64,000 nucleotides of DNA from Perkinsus chesapeaki ATCC PRA-425 (Eukaryota; Protista; Perkinsozoa), in contig JAAPAO010000110.1 of assembly GCA_013115145.1 (NCBI GenBank), forward strand, positions 1 to 64,000. Direction: 5' to 3'. Numbering within the stretch: the first letter of the stretch is position 1; every line of letters starts with the position of its first letter. This document shows positions 25,028 through 37,269 of this stretch, one piece after another. A program made the translations under genes and the position numbers. Below the pieces are notes generated by a model. It saw only the letters and a program-made list of their open reading frames with translations. It did not search any database and was not told the DNA's origin.

Positions 25028-25633
25028 TTAATAAAGACGAGATACATCCTTCTTTTGCAGACGGAATACGCGAATGGTGCCTTCAATTGTGCTTAAGATA
25101 TCAAGTGCTCCACCATCAGCATTGATTTGATGAGAGGCCCTGTCTAAAGGAGATGCATATTGCATAAGAAGAGGCCTAATATGGTCAGGATGTATCCCCA
25201 GCCCTAGTAGAATTCCAACTGTACCGGTCACGAACGGAACAGCAAATGAGGTACCACTCTTTCTGTAATACCAACCATTGTACTTGACAATAACATCGGT
25301 ACCAAAAGCAGCTATGTGTACTTGAGGGCCATAGTTGCTCCATGCTTCGAGGACATAGTCATTATCCCCAGAGAGCGCTCCGAGACAAATGATATTAGAC
25401 AGCCACTTAGCCACACATGTGTACCGTTGAGAATCATATTCACCATAATTGCCAGCCCCAGCAACTACAATGATATTCTTCCGTGCCATCTCTTCAAAAG
25501 CTCTACGATAGCCGTCAGACGGATTGCGCCATGAAATTGATAAAGAGACAACCTCCACACTAATATCCATTGCGAGATCAAGCCCCTCAAAGTCATGAAG
25601 TGACGACGTCGCCGTACGGTCCGATGGTGTCAC
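25028..25633 (-). CDS. Subtilisin-like (S8) protease, C-terminal half only; possibly truncated or a pseudogene
   Basis: IIVVAGAGN (oxyanion Asn), WSNYGPQVHIAAFG and SGTSFAVPFVTG (catalytic Ser). No Asp or His catalytic motifs found upstream, where the sequence is T/S/P-rich. Confidence 0.8.
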   Translation of the reverse strand: MTPSDRTATSSLHDFEGLDLAMDISVEVVSLSISWRNPSDGYRRAFEEMARKNIIVVAGAGNYGEYDSQRYTCVAKWLSNIICLGALSGDNDYVLEAWSNYGPQVHIAAFGTDVIVKYNGWYYRKSGTSFAVPFVTGTVGILLGLGIHPDHIRPLLMQYASPLDRASHQINADGGALDILSTIEGTIRVFRLQKKDVSRLY

Positions 25634-27051
25634 CGGACCGTTGGGCGTGATAGAACCAGGTGGAGTAGGAGTAGTAGTTGTAGACTACAACTTGTAGTTG
25701 TTGTAGTAGGACGAGGAATAGTACCTACATAATAGAGACGATAATGGTCGTACAAGGCTCTAAGGCTAGCTGCAGCTGCTGCGCCTGGGCCACCGCCACC
25801 AGCAATGACGCTGGTAGTGGTGGGAGGCGCCAAGGCCTCTTCCCCGGTCTGGGGTTGAGACCATTGGAACAATGGTGATAGTGATACGATAATACATAAA
25901 CTAAAAAAACTAATAAAAATAACTTACAGCTTATACTAATAATAATAAATGCTGTACAATGAATTATGTGAAGACGTGATGTTTCTGACAACTAGCGTTC
26001 TAGCTTGAACTACCGTTACGCTGAGCTACGATCGATCGACACAAATTTCTTAGCTTGGCTAGCGTCGCCAAGTGAACTGTCAATCGAATTCAGTTTGTAT
26101 TTAGTTTAGAATTTACCCATAAATGTCCTACTACTATTAACTACCACTACTATTCGCGTACCTGTTTCACCCTGTAGTTCACACTATTGGAGTTGTTGTT
26201 GTTATTATTGTTCTTGTTGTCGTTGTTGCGTTGTTAAAGTCGTTAATTAGTAAAATGGCCTGATCGAGGACACACCACGAGCACTTACCGCGTTATTCTT
26301 ACCTTTGGCTCTTTTATCCCAGTCTTCTCCGGGGTCACATCCCGGGCCGCTTGCTTCCTCCGAGTTACCAGTGGTGGGCGGTACCCTGCATTTGAACCGT
26401 GTTACTCTTGGGAGGCTTATCCCAGGACTGTCAGAGTCCCTTCAGTTACGCTGCACTTTTCGCACGGCCATGCGACAGGTCTACCGTGATCCCACCAATC
26501 CGAAGCTTGGAGCTGTGACAGGAGGAGGTGATTGTGATAGGATCCGTACGCTTGGATTTCGTGTTTCGGCTTCTTCACAATACCTCGTTAATACCCGTAC
26601 GCTGTCTACAAGAAGTGCTTTAGCACTCTAAAGTCATGGTCCATGGTGAGGGGTGGGTAGTATACGTATTGTAGATGCATTACTACTGTCGTAGGAGAGT
26701 AAGGTAAGTTAGTATGGTTCTTCTATTATTTACTATAAAACCGAGCCCCGAAGGAAAGGTGTGAGGAGTAGGACCTGTATTGATCGAAATTCGAGGCCGT
26801 TGATTTTACGGAAATCGCAAGGCCATTTCTGACATTAAAACTTCATATGGAAATTTCCATGGAAATCGTTCCACAGAGGAAACTGTTTTTCTGCTCCGCC
26901 GGCGAGCAGCGGTGTTCCACCCTGCTCAGTATCCGCTCGATATCATAGAGTGAGCCTGATCTCATCGCCTGTCGAGTCTACAACGGTAAGTGCCGGCAAT
27001 AAACCACTATCAGAGGTCCACTGATATAAGCCAACACTTACCGTTATAGGC

Positions 27052-27122
27052 TTCGTATAGGCTATATGGTTCCTGTATCCTGATGTACTATAAAGATACG
27101 AAAACAATATAGCCTATACGAA
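27052..27122. repeat. Inverted repeat hairpin (16-bp perfect outer arms)
   Basis: ttcgtataggctatat (27052-27067) and atatagcctatacgaa (27107-27122), with further interior pairing. Confidence 0.85.
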
Positions 27123-27176
27123 TGCTTCTGTGTTTTCCAGCTGGGGACGAATAAGGGCCGCTATGAGACCGACTCG

Positions 27177-27266
27177 GCCAAAATGTTGGTTGGACTCGGT
27201 CTGACCGAGTCCAATCAACATTTTGGCGGCGCACAGAGTTTGTGCTACAAACTTTGTACCACAAAC
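27177..27266. repeat. Two adjacent snap-back palindromes (25-bp and 14-bp arms, 1-nt spacers)
   Basis: gccaaaatgttggttggactcggtc-t-gaccgagtccaatcaacattttggc (27177-27227) and gtttgtgctacaaa-c-tttgtaccacaaac (27238-27266), one mismatch each. Confidence 0.9.
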
Positions 27267-29378
27267 CGTGCGGCACAATGGTGCCCAGTTATCCTCATCA
27301 CACATCGCTCTTCGCCAGGACACGAGTCTCCGTGGCATATAATGAAGAGAATAAGCAGACTCTAGCCACTCTTTGATAGAGCGGTAGGTCCCCCAACCGA
27401 CGATTACGCGAATAGACCTATGGGGGGAACCCAAGGGATGGGCGTCATGGTACTTTTATTCAATGAAACGCTTTTCATATGTCACGGGTGCTATTTCGAT
27501 CGATTGACCATTTGGTTGCTGGCAAGCAAGTTGTTAGTCCTTATTTGCGGAATTTGAGTTGTTAAAGCCCGCCAGTGTCCATCCCAAAGATCCTGCACGT
27601 TCTAACATTACACAGGAGAAGTTCGTTACCTGTTTGTCATTTTTCTCGAAATTTCTTCAATTATGTTAAATTCCCGTTGGTTGCATTTTATGGCCCAATT
27701 TTCATTTTTGACAACCCTGGATCGAATGATAACATATATTAATAGAAATATCACCTACGATTATTAAGGCTCAATAACTAAGTTTATCTATTAATAATTA
27801 TAATAATGAACAGCTCCCACGTAAAAGTAACCCTCCAAGGGCAAACTTATTTTGTGGTAGCTGGAAGGCCCGCCTGCTCTCTACTAAAACTGCAATTCAG
27901 TTCACACCTATCCGAGCGCCGACTTGAAGACCGCATCTTACCCCGAGTTACCATTCAGCAACCAATACGATACAACACAAGTCACAATAGTCAGCACAGC
28001 GACAAGTACATGATTTAAAAGCCTTTAGTAGGAGGCAGACAGATCAGCCCGGTCCAGTATGAGACTCACACTTCCACAGCCCACCATGGTGATTCCGGGC
28101 ATATCCATGATATTGGTGTCTGGACAAAAAAAGATCAAGCGTATCTCATCCGACAGATTACCTTTTATATTCATCAAAAATGAATCCATGTCGCTCAAAC
28201 GGTCGAGGCTTCGCGTCCTCCGAAGTCCCCTGTTGATGTGGTGGGACATCGACCTCCTCTACAGGTTGCTTTGTATGGACTGCTCCAAGCCCCACTGAAT
28301 CAACGCCCCACTCCAAGTAACGCCACTTAGCCTCCTCCCACCTTCCCTATTGAATTGCTCCTCACCACAGAGCTGCGATGGTCTCCAATGACCAGTTCTC
28401 ACGTCCAACGCCCCTGTCCACGGTAACACTTTAGTCAAGCCCGCAGGATCACTACAACCCGAACGATGTGATATTTCCTACCACAGTTCCTACAAATCAA
28501 AGCCACCAGTGGCCTCCTTCTGTTCCTCACTCAACTTAGTCGCCTCAACCAGCGCCCGCCCAGCCTTGCTCTTAGTGTCTGCTACTGTCGGTCCAATTGT
28601 TGTCCTCTTGTAGTGGACTGAGCTGTCGTTCGGGCGCGCCATGGAGAAATTCCAGACATCATCCCTCTGAAAACTCATCGACATGCGGTGAACTCGGTAT
28701 GGTACATCACATTTGGTTTGCCCAAAGCAAGTGAAGTCGAGTTGATGTGACCGTCAGCAGATGTGCCTCCAGAAGGACACGCTACATGCGGGGTAGTGTT
28801 CAGACTATTAAGCTTGCCGCCACGATACCTGCACGGGATCTGTGGTGGATATTAGTATCACTATATAGAACTGTTGATAATATGTGCTCTAGAGTAGAAA
28901 TGAAACATGCGCTGGACTAACAATTAGAGGAGGCGGCGGCCCTACACAATATGCCTGTGTGTAGCTACTGCATACGTGTTAATTATTGTCAGTGACGGTT
29001 AGAGACGAGCACCACAATTAACCCTGATTGCTGCTGCTGCATTGACACCACTGTCTCGGCATTATATAGTACAATTCCACTGCAGCCTACCACATACTAA
29101 TAAAACACTATGGTACTTTCCTACTATTGCCCGCCACCCGTCATCACCCGAGGTTCAAGGCCCGCAAGATATACCCATATTTCCTCCTACCAATATCGAA
29201 AGTACCCCTTCCATCGACCCGTGCCCTACTACCCCTGATCCAACAGCACTATACCATCCCGACCAGTGCCGTCTGCCGAGAAGGAATTACTAATCGCACG
29301 GATTCCATACATAATAAGGAAACCCTACCCTTTCAGCCACCTTCCGTTGAACACAACACCAGAAGGACATACCGAAAC

Positions 29379-30677
29379 TTAGGCCCACATTCGACGAAGG
29401 TCATCTTCATCATCGTAACGTCCGTAGTCACCAGCATCCTTGATTACCTTCCATGACGGAGGCTCCACAGTATCCTCCGGCGTAGCCCGCCCGCAGATCT
29501 AAAATAGAGAGGGCAGTCAATAGGAGCAGCTTAGTGCCTACATTCGTTAATAGGAAATCTGCCGTTATTTTAGCAAGCGGGATTTTCTCAACATCAGTTC
29601 CCTTTGCAAAACAGACAATGCCAGGGATGTCCTCATCCAGTCTAGTAAGCAGGCCACCACCAACAATACGCTTTCTATCGATGCTTGGTAACTGTCAAGA
29701 ATGCTCGAAACGAGGAATGATAAACTGTATTACCCCAAATGAATCCTGACTTCTGAATGCCCGAAGTGGAGTGCCTTCTACCAAATCGTGATCGTCCTGG
29801 ACGTGACTGCTCATGCTTGAAACTGCGACAACTTTTCCGAAGTCCGAGTCTGCTATCCAGCGGGATAAGGCTCGGCCAAAAAGACGCTTTTTCTTGTACG
29901 AGGTACGCAGTTGTAGGACCTAGAGAACCGCTACACTACACGCCGGAAGCAGACTTTCATTACAGACTCGAACTAACTATATATTCCAGAAATCTATCAC
30001 GCGAACGTGATCCAGAAGCAAGATTAAATGTTAGGGCTGGAGGGAATGCATCCTCGGCCACTGATGGCTCTGGAAACATATTTCCCACCAAAGTTACATC
30101 CAATTTATGCATAACAAGTGCTTATTGAGGGACACATTTTCGCGGGACTAGGTGGATCCTTCAATGTAATTTCCTTTTTCGCGCGATGGATTTCTGTAAG
30201 GAGATCGTTTTTCAAGTTCAGTGCGAAAAGAAATGACGCTTGACATTTGATGAAAACACTTTAACGGAGAGGGTGAAACCGAATCCAGTTGGTTCATCCA
30301 CCGAGCGTAGCTTAACAAAACCTTCGCCTTTTTACCAAGCAATCGCTCTCCGCCCCAGCGTAAAGCTCCATTCCAGTAGTAACAGTGTTCCCATCATCCA
30401 AGGTCTGCACTAGAGGATCGATATAAGGAGAAGTGAAGACACCAATACGGTGAAGCTGATAGGGGGATCACATGCAGGATCAGTCGAGGCCAGTTGCCAT
30501 TACATTCATGGACTCGATTAGATAGTCACAAGCCAGCCCTTCAATCGATGCAAAACTGCCGCATGCGACTATCAGATTTTTCCCTTTCAACGAGAAGTCA
30601 TTTAGTTGCCAGTAATCCAAGTCGTTTGCCGTTGACGACTCTGGCACGCGTACTACAGTGCCTTGAGAGGGGCTCAT
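29379..30677 (-). CDS. PSMG2: Proteasome assembly chaperone 2 (PAC2)-like, multi-exon
   Basis: Exons KNLIVACGSFASIEGLACDYLIES, LHRIGVFTSPYIDPLV, VLQLRTSYKKKRLFGRALSRWIADSDFGKVVAVSS, IVGGGLLTRL and VEPPSWK are collinear with PAC2 family features. Confidence 0.68.
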
Positions 30678-31505
30678 GTTTGTGAACAACTGATAATGTT
30701 GAAAATATGCCACATACGGTTGCATCCTAGGATTCTAGTAAAAACGTTTCAGAAGAACGCTCTTGGAAATCCTTTTCGGAAATTGAACTTCCCATCTGAG
30801 GGATCATCAAGCTGATATTAAGGCATTTTGGTACACTTATACAATTAACCACGCAAGCGTGTTGAAGTCCAACAACACTCGTGACGATACTGCCATAGAT
30901 AATAATAATGTTTCGGAATCACCAATGCCAGTTTTAAGGTACGGCAATAGTCCTTTTTCAATAGCTCTGCTAATAGTGACCTTTCTTTTGATGGTTCATC
31001 ACTATTGTTATCTTGCTCAATCTTGTATATTCTCAACGGTGCGGCGTATGACTGTCCCTCTAAATTAGAGGCTCCAGTAAAATCCTAATACTTGTTACTG
31101 CACAATCGTAACACAACAATGTAGTAATAGCGCTCATTTATGTCGATATGCGTTCATAAGCGGTCTACCTTTTTGAGACGCACAATTACCCCTATTTTTA
31201 TACCAACAACAACTACTCCCTATGCGAGAGCAACAAAACGCTCTCTACCTTTGATTGACAGTTTTATATGCATTTTTGGGCACTGTATAGCCGCCCCTCG
31301 TCGGGGCAATTTTACGACAAGAAGGCAGAATTCTCTACCATGCCCGGATGCCGAATAGTTTCCGAAGCTATTCGCCAGACGCGTGCAGTGAAATATCCCA
31401 ATAAAAGACCCTCCTGGCCTTGCCAGGATGGCAAATCTAAATTCATCTTTTTTAGTAAACAAAAGGGCAGCAGTTGATGGATAGGAAACTATGGTTAGCA
31501 ATGAT

Positions 31506-34406
31506 TTACGTTCCTTCAAAGTACTTGAGTCCATTGATATCGCCAACTAGCAAATAGTTAGATATCAGGGGTCCCGGAGCTGGACACAGAAGCTGTAACA
31601 CAGCATTGCTAGCATTCTTGTCACCACCACCGCTGCCGCCTAGCATCAATCCAGCATCACCATAGGTTACTGACCGGACCCAAACGAGGCCGGCCATATT
31701 TCCAGTAAATACCTGAATCGCGAAGACTGTACGTTAAAGACATTGTGTAGCTGTAGGCGCCATAGTTCCGATCAAATGAGCTACAGTCGACAGAAGGTTA
31801 TTTCCGGCGGCCAGGTTAGTAGGTAGCCGACCAGCACCAGGGCCGGACTGGCTAGACCAGCTAGTTGACCATTGACGAAAAGTTGAACTCCAGTTAAGGT
31901 TAACGACAGCAGGTCAAGCCCACAGATATTTGTACTAGTTTCAATACTAAGCTTTGAACGAGAATGACTTGACCCCCTTACTGCCCCCCCCCCACAATCA
32001 GCGCTTTTGAAGCTCTGACCATTACTTACATCTTCAAGCTTGGGCGCGACTATAACGGCCAACAACGAATCCTTCAGCTCGGCCGGATCGCCCTTCCACA
32101 ATTCTACTCCCGGAGGAGTGGTCTGTGTTGTGAGCTTGCATAGAGTTACACTCCTCAACGGAACAGTGACATTATGTGGATTGAGTTCACGCAAAGCTCC
32201 GAAGAAGTAATCCCGAACCTGATCGACAACAAGCAGATCGCTAACAACTTAACAAGATCGACCTACCCTATTAGTATTCAGCCACTGCATCCTTGCCGCA
32301 TCTGTCGGCACCACTCCACCAGACTTCGGCAATGGCACAACCTCGACCTTTGGTTCCTTATTTCCCTCATCATCAGGAGACTCTAATCCATCCAAATATA
32401 TCATACTGGCGACAGGATCGTTGGCTAGCTTATTCGTATCAGATCTCAGCCGAGCAGCGTCACCTGAAACGATGACGAACAAGATGGAGATTCCCGAGTG
32501 TTAACAAGAGTAACCTCAATAACAGCTATACGCCGACTACAACTCGTAATTCACCACTCAAAGTGCTATAGGGATCAATGGGATATGTCATTTCATTTTC
32601 GTGAAATTAGTACGTTCGTAACTGGCGAATCGGCAGCAATTTGCTGGCAGGGGAAGATAACCAGTACCACTGTGCATATTTTCATACTCTTCTCAAGCTT
32701 TAGCCCCAGTCCTTATCATCTGCGACGAAATGCAGATGCGTCAATGCTAGTGACCGCTAATCGCCCAGTACGGCGTACGAATTAAAAAAAGAATCCCTTC
32801 GGAAAATCGAGATTTCCTCTCGAGCTCCTCTAACCCTACCTGCGGCATCATCCCCATAATATGAAGCCAGGTCTTGATACAGCTCGTTGTCATCAAGTAC
32901 AAGTACGATATCTACTTCGTAAGCCGATATTATAGTCTTTAATAGCTCTGTCGATGGCTCCGCTGGTGCATTTATAATGAGACCCGATCTAGCAATATTC
33001 CTGAAGGTAACCAATAACTATGCAACATCACCAGGAGTGCCACGAACTTCCCAAATATTATTCTCATAACTTCATTGTGTCATGGCTGAGGAGTCAGCAC
33101 GTCCCCGAGCTAGCATAATGCTACCGCGTGTTTATTAAGTTAGGGCCCCTGTATAATCCAGCTAGTAGCATTTGGCTCAAAACTGTTGCAGAGTTCATAC
33201 CATTCGAACGGAGTAACACTACTTCAGGTCTCTTTTTATCTCTATCTGTATCAGCTAGGATGAAATCACTTTGATATTTTCTACTTATTTCCCGTAAAGT
33301 TACGAAGTCGAAATAATTTAATTAAATTCTTCACGAGATTTTCAGTCCTCGACAACCATGTTGCAACTGGAATGAGCTCCTCCTCCTTCTCCTTCTCACT
33401 TTGGTCCTCCGCTCATCTTCTCTATCCCCGATCCTGTACTAGGCTGTACTGCAGCATGCTTCAGCCTCGACTTCACCGTCTCAGCCAGCACTTTACACCA
33501 CCAAGTATACACTTGGGGATTGTCAGTCCAATGCTTGTAGCCGTAAAAATACCTCAATAGGCAACCATACAAACCACACCCTCTCATGGCAAGCCTACCA
33601 CAAGCTCCGGCCTAAACGATTTGACAACTGATCCATAGTTCCACCAGCCTGAACTGCCTCGAATGAGTTAAGATCTTTCGGAGGTTGACTGATCTTATAA
33701 GTAGCCGTCGGCTCTCTATCAAATTCATAACAACTACTATCCAGTATAGTAGCATTAATCGTTCCCGGCAAGTGTGGCAGCTCTCTAAAACTTCCCGTAC
33801 ACCGCGGATCTAGCTCCACAAAGATCGGTCGCCGATGCTTCCGAAGAGCAAAGTTCGCCAACATATAAGCCAAAGTCGACTTGCCACTCGCAGCCGACCC
33901 GCAAACCAGCACTCTAGGTGGCGGACACATTGCCGTACCAAGCTCGGTAGCCCTCTTCCGTCTCTGTTCAATTATCGATGCCACACTAAAGTAATGTGGC
34001 ATCGTAGCGTTGGTCGCATCGTATTCCTGTACTGTGGAGCCACGTAGCTCTACACAGCAACCGTGCCATGTATACACAGCCAGTTGAGAGCCAGCTGAAG
34101 ACAAGACCGTCCCGATCGGGGTAAGCTTATTATTACGTCTTATAACATATTCGTTTCCCAATACAAGCTCCTTGCCGAATATCTCAGCACTGGCGAAGGT
34201 ATCAGGCACCTTTGAGTGTGCCTTCAAGACAACAGCGCCCTCTTTAGTTGCTCCAGGATCCGTACTCGGCAGAGGAGCCAGAACCTAACCAAAGTACTGA
34301 GACGCCGTAGACCTTCGAAGCGCGAATTTCCATTAATCCTTATAACGCTGCTCTCAAAGGTTTTAGAGATTCCCAACGAAAAGCAATTTCCAATCACATT
34401 TTTCAT
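31506..34406 (-). CDS. CLP1: Clp1 RNA 5'-kinase / cleavage factor subunit, multi-exon
   Basis: SAEIFGKEL, LAVYTWHGC, P-loop VLVCGSAASGKST, PIFVELDP, VVPLPKSGGVV and C-terminal LLCPAPGPLISNYLLVGDI. Start is approximate. Confidence 0.9.
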
Positions 34407-34837
34407 CACAACCGACAACCCACTATCAAAATCTCTCGCGCAGGATATTCTCAGGATTCTCCCCAGATGACCACACCGCCCTCGACTGCCCTTGCCCCCA
34501 GCTAGCCCCTTACTACCAGTCGTAGCTCCGTGCCTGGTCGAAGCTCCTTAGTCCTTTGCAAGCCGATCATTTGTAGATTCTCCTGTTGTATAGATGAACC
34601 CACATGTGTCGGACCGCTAATAGAGCCGCCCTCAGCACCATATCCTCCAGTCGTTGCTGCTTGATGCTGTAGATTAGCCTAAAACCAATACAGATTTTCC
34701 AAGCCTCCGGCCACCCTCATTCGAGCCCTACAATTCCCTCACCGAATACATACAATATAAAAACTATTTAGTCCATAGAAAATCGAAAGGAGCCATGTAA
34801 ATTCTCGCAAAATTCCCTTTCCTATAATTGCATATTT

Positions 34838-35594
34838 TCAACCACCGTAGCCTACCTGAAGCACATGAGGCTGAGTTATCTTATTAGCTCCACCCAGATG
34901 CTTATCGTAATGCGATCCTCCTCCTTTATTCTGGTAATGAAACACGCTAGCATTTGGATCTGGTTGCTGTGGTGATGGTTGAGGCGGCATCATTCGGTCG
35001 TAGGGACCAGCATTGCCCTGATGGCTGTGATCGGGCATGTGGGGTTTGACGTGCTGCTCTCTTGTTGGCGGGGTTGGATGCGAGCCGGTAGTTGGAGGAT
35101 AACCCTTACCAAAGCCTTTACCTATAATATAGGATTGATGTAATAATAAAAACTATATATAACAATATATATAATATATAAATGTAATGATATAAAAATA
35201 ATATATAAATGTAATGATATGAAAATAATATATAAATGTAATGATATAAAAATAATATATAAATGTAATGATAAAAAAATAATATATAAATGTAATGATA
35301 AAAAAATAATATATAAATGTAATGATATGAAAATAATATATAATAGCCTATCCCCTAATGGTCCCCATGAATAGTACCTTTCCCGGGCCATCCCTTCCCC
35401 TTCCCATAAAATCCCTTCCCCATCGCCATCATAGCAGCAAATGCGGCTGGTGGTGGCTGAGGTGCTTGCTGCATATTCCGAAACTGATGGAGGGCCGGCT
35501 CCTCGCCCTGTGGTGGCCACGCTCCTCCTCCTCCTCTTTGGCCATCACGGTTGTTGTTGCCAGTTGGTGGCCCCCCTGGGGATTGAGGCCACAT
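34838..35594 (-). CDS. Pro/Gln/Gly-rich low-complexity protein exons with GKG repeats
   Basis: The exon ending GKGWPGK joins (phase 1) to GKGFGKGYPP... across the minisatellite-bearing intron; may be the 3' end of the upstream minus-strand gene. Confidence 0.5.
35171..35344. repeat. 27-bp AT-rich intronic minisatellite, about 6.4 copies
   Basis: Unit ataatatataaatgtaatgatataaaa with minor variants. Confidence 0.95.
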
Positions 35595-35801
35595 ACTGGA
35601 AACAAAAGCTACAATTCAGCTCCAAGCAAGACTCATTCCCTTTAAAGATGTCCAAGTAGACTTCACTACAACCAAACAGACACGTTAAAATGAGGCATGA
35701 TAGTTGATAATAAAAATTAGAGAATTCACTTCACCACCGAGTTGTCGGTCATGCCCGCTTGGCCTTCGTTTGACGCGGCCACATAGCATACCTAGCAAGG
35801 A

Positions 35802-37211
35802 TCATTGGAACTCGACAGTGCTGACAAAGCCATACATATCCATTCCGCAGGTAACAACACCTAGAGCACCGACGAAGGAATCGTGGGTCTCGAACCAACC
35901 TAAAATGAATCTTTCGACCTCAACCTGGTAGAGCCCTATACCGCTGTTATGGAGGCCCTGGACTGCCAATAGAAGACTTTTGACGGCGAGCTGTAATTGG
36001 GCTGATTCCTGCTCAGCATTATGGCCAATCTCCCCTTGCAAGGCCACCTGCCAACGCATTAATAAACAACATATAACTGATGTCCTTCTCAATGTTGGAG
36101 CATCTTGACCGATGTAATCGAACTACTTTGTCGCAGATTTTCTTCATTTTGCGGGATAATTATTTACCATCCCCAACTAGTTGATCAACTCAGTGGCGGT
36201 GAGATATACGGTGTATATTATACACAAAGATCGAGCGGACTTCGGTATCACGATATTATCCACACTTACTTCTTGACGATATTTCTTATAAGCCATTGCA
36301 AAGTTGACAAGATGCATCAATGTGAAGAACTTCATACACAGCTTGAGGGTATCAGCAGGCTTACTGTCACGTCTGACCTACCAACACCTCGCCTATCGCC
36401 CCAAAACTGTCCAATACTCCTCACCAATCCAAGCTTCTGAAGCCATAGGACCCGGTCAGTCAACAGGAAGGCCACCAGTAGAGTTTTGCTGGCCACGCCA
36501 AGAGTCCTGTCGAACTCGGACTTCTTTTTGAATTCGCTTGGAATTGTCGGTATGACCGCAAGCTCCTTGAACCACCTGCAAGGAAGGGTATCTTTGGCGT
36601 ATCTTTTATAGTGCGGTAACCTGAAGGTGCGTCTACTGTCGCCCAGCAATCCTTGTACTAGTTTAATCTGCTTGTACAGCTCCTTACTGGCGGGGTCACT
36701 AGACTCGAGCAAGATACCACCGCACATGCGAGCAAAGTATCTTAGGGGTATCTTAGGTTGAAGCGCGAATTCTGCCTTACTGAGCTCCTCTGAGTAACTT
36801 GTCTTTAACCTCAAGTCTAGCAAGTTGGCTATTAACCACAGCCAATGACACAGGCACCAATTCCAGCTGGGAACCATCTGCTTGGGAAGCCATTAGAGAT
36901 TTCACCGTACACAAATCACTGCAGAGAAGTTTCAAAGAGACTGTCTTTTTAAGGAATGCAATAATAATATAATAATATGAAATAGTTTATGGGATGAGGA
37001 GTGCTTCAAAGAGAAAGACCAATATTTAATATAGAAGCAGAAGGCTTTCACGTAAATCATCTTTGTAACTAGAGCAATAGTGAAGATCTCACCCCGTACA
37101 GAGTTGATAGACTTCATGGAACCAATTTTGAAGCTCAGCTGTCCGCGTTATTTTAAGCGGAGACTTCCCTTTCAACAAGCATCGGATAGGTAAATCTTGC
37201 ATGACTTGCAT
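35802..37211 (-). CDS. Hypothetical protein, weakly kinase-like; head-to-head with WDR82
   Basis: Minus-strand ORFs 37089-37277, 36332-36877 and 35802-36092; AVQGLHNSGIGLYQVEVERFIL loosely recalls the kinase catalytic-loop region without HRD. Confidence 0.35.
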
Positions 37212-37269
37212 AACAAGCAATTCCTCAACGCTTCCTTCATCTGCCGTTCGAAGAGTTACGGGACACTCT

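Noticed and set aside
33165-33181. gtagcatttggctcaaa resembling a relic dinoflagellate/Perkinsus spliced leader
   Set aside because: Needs two gaps and a mismatch and lies antisense within a Clp1 intron rather than at a gene 5' end; other 9-10 nt leader-like matches are in coding DNA.
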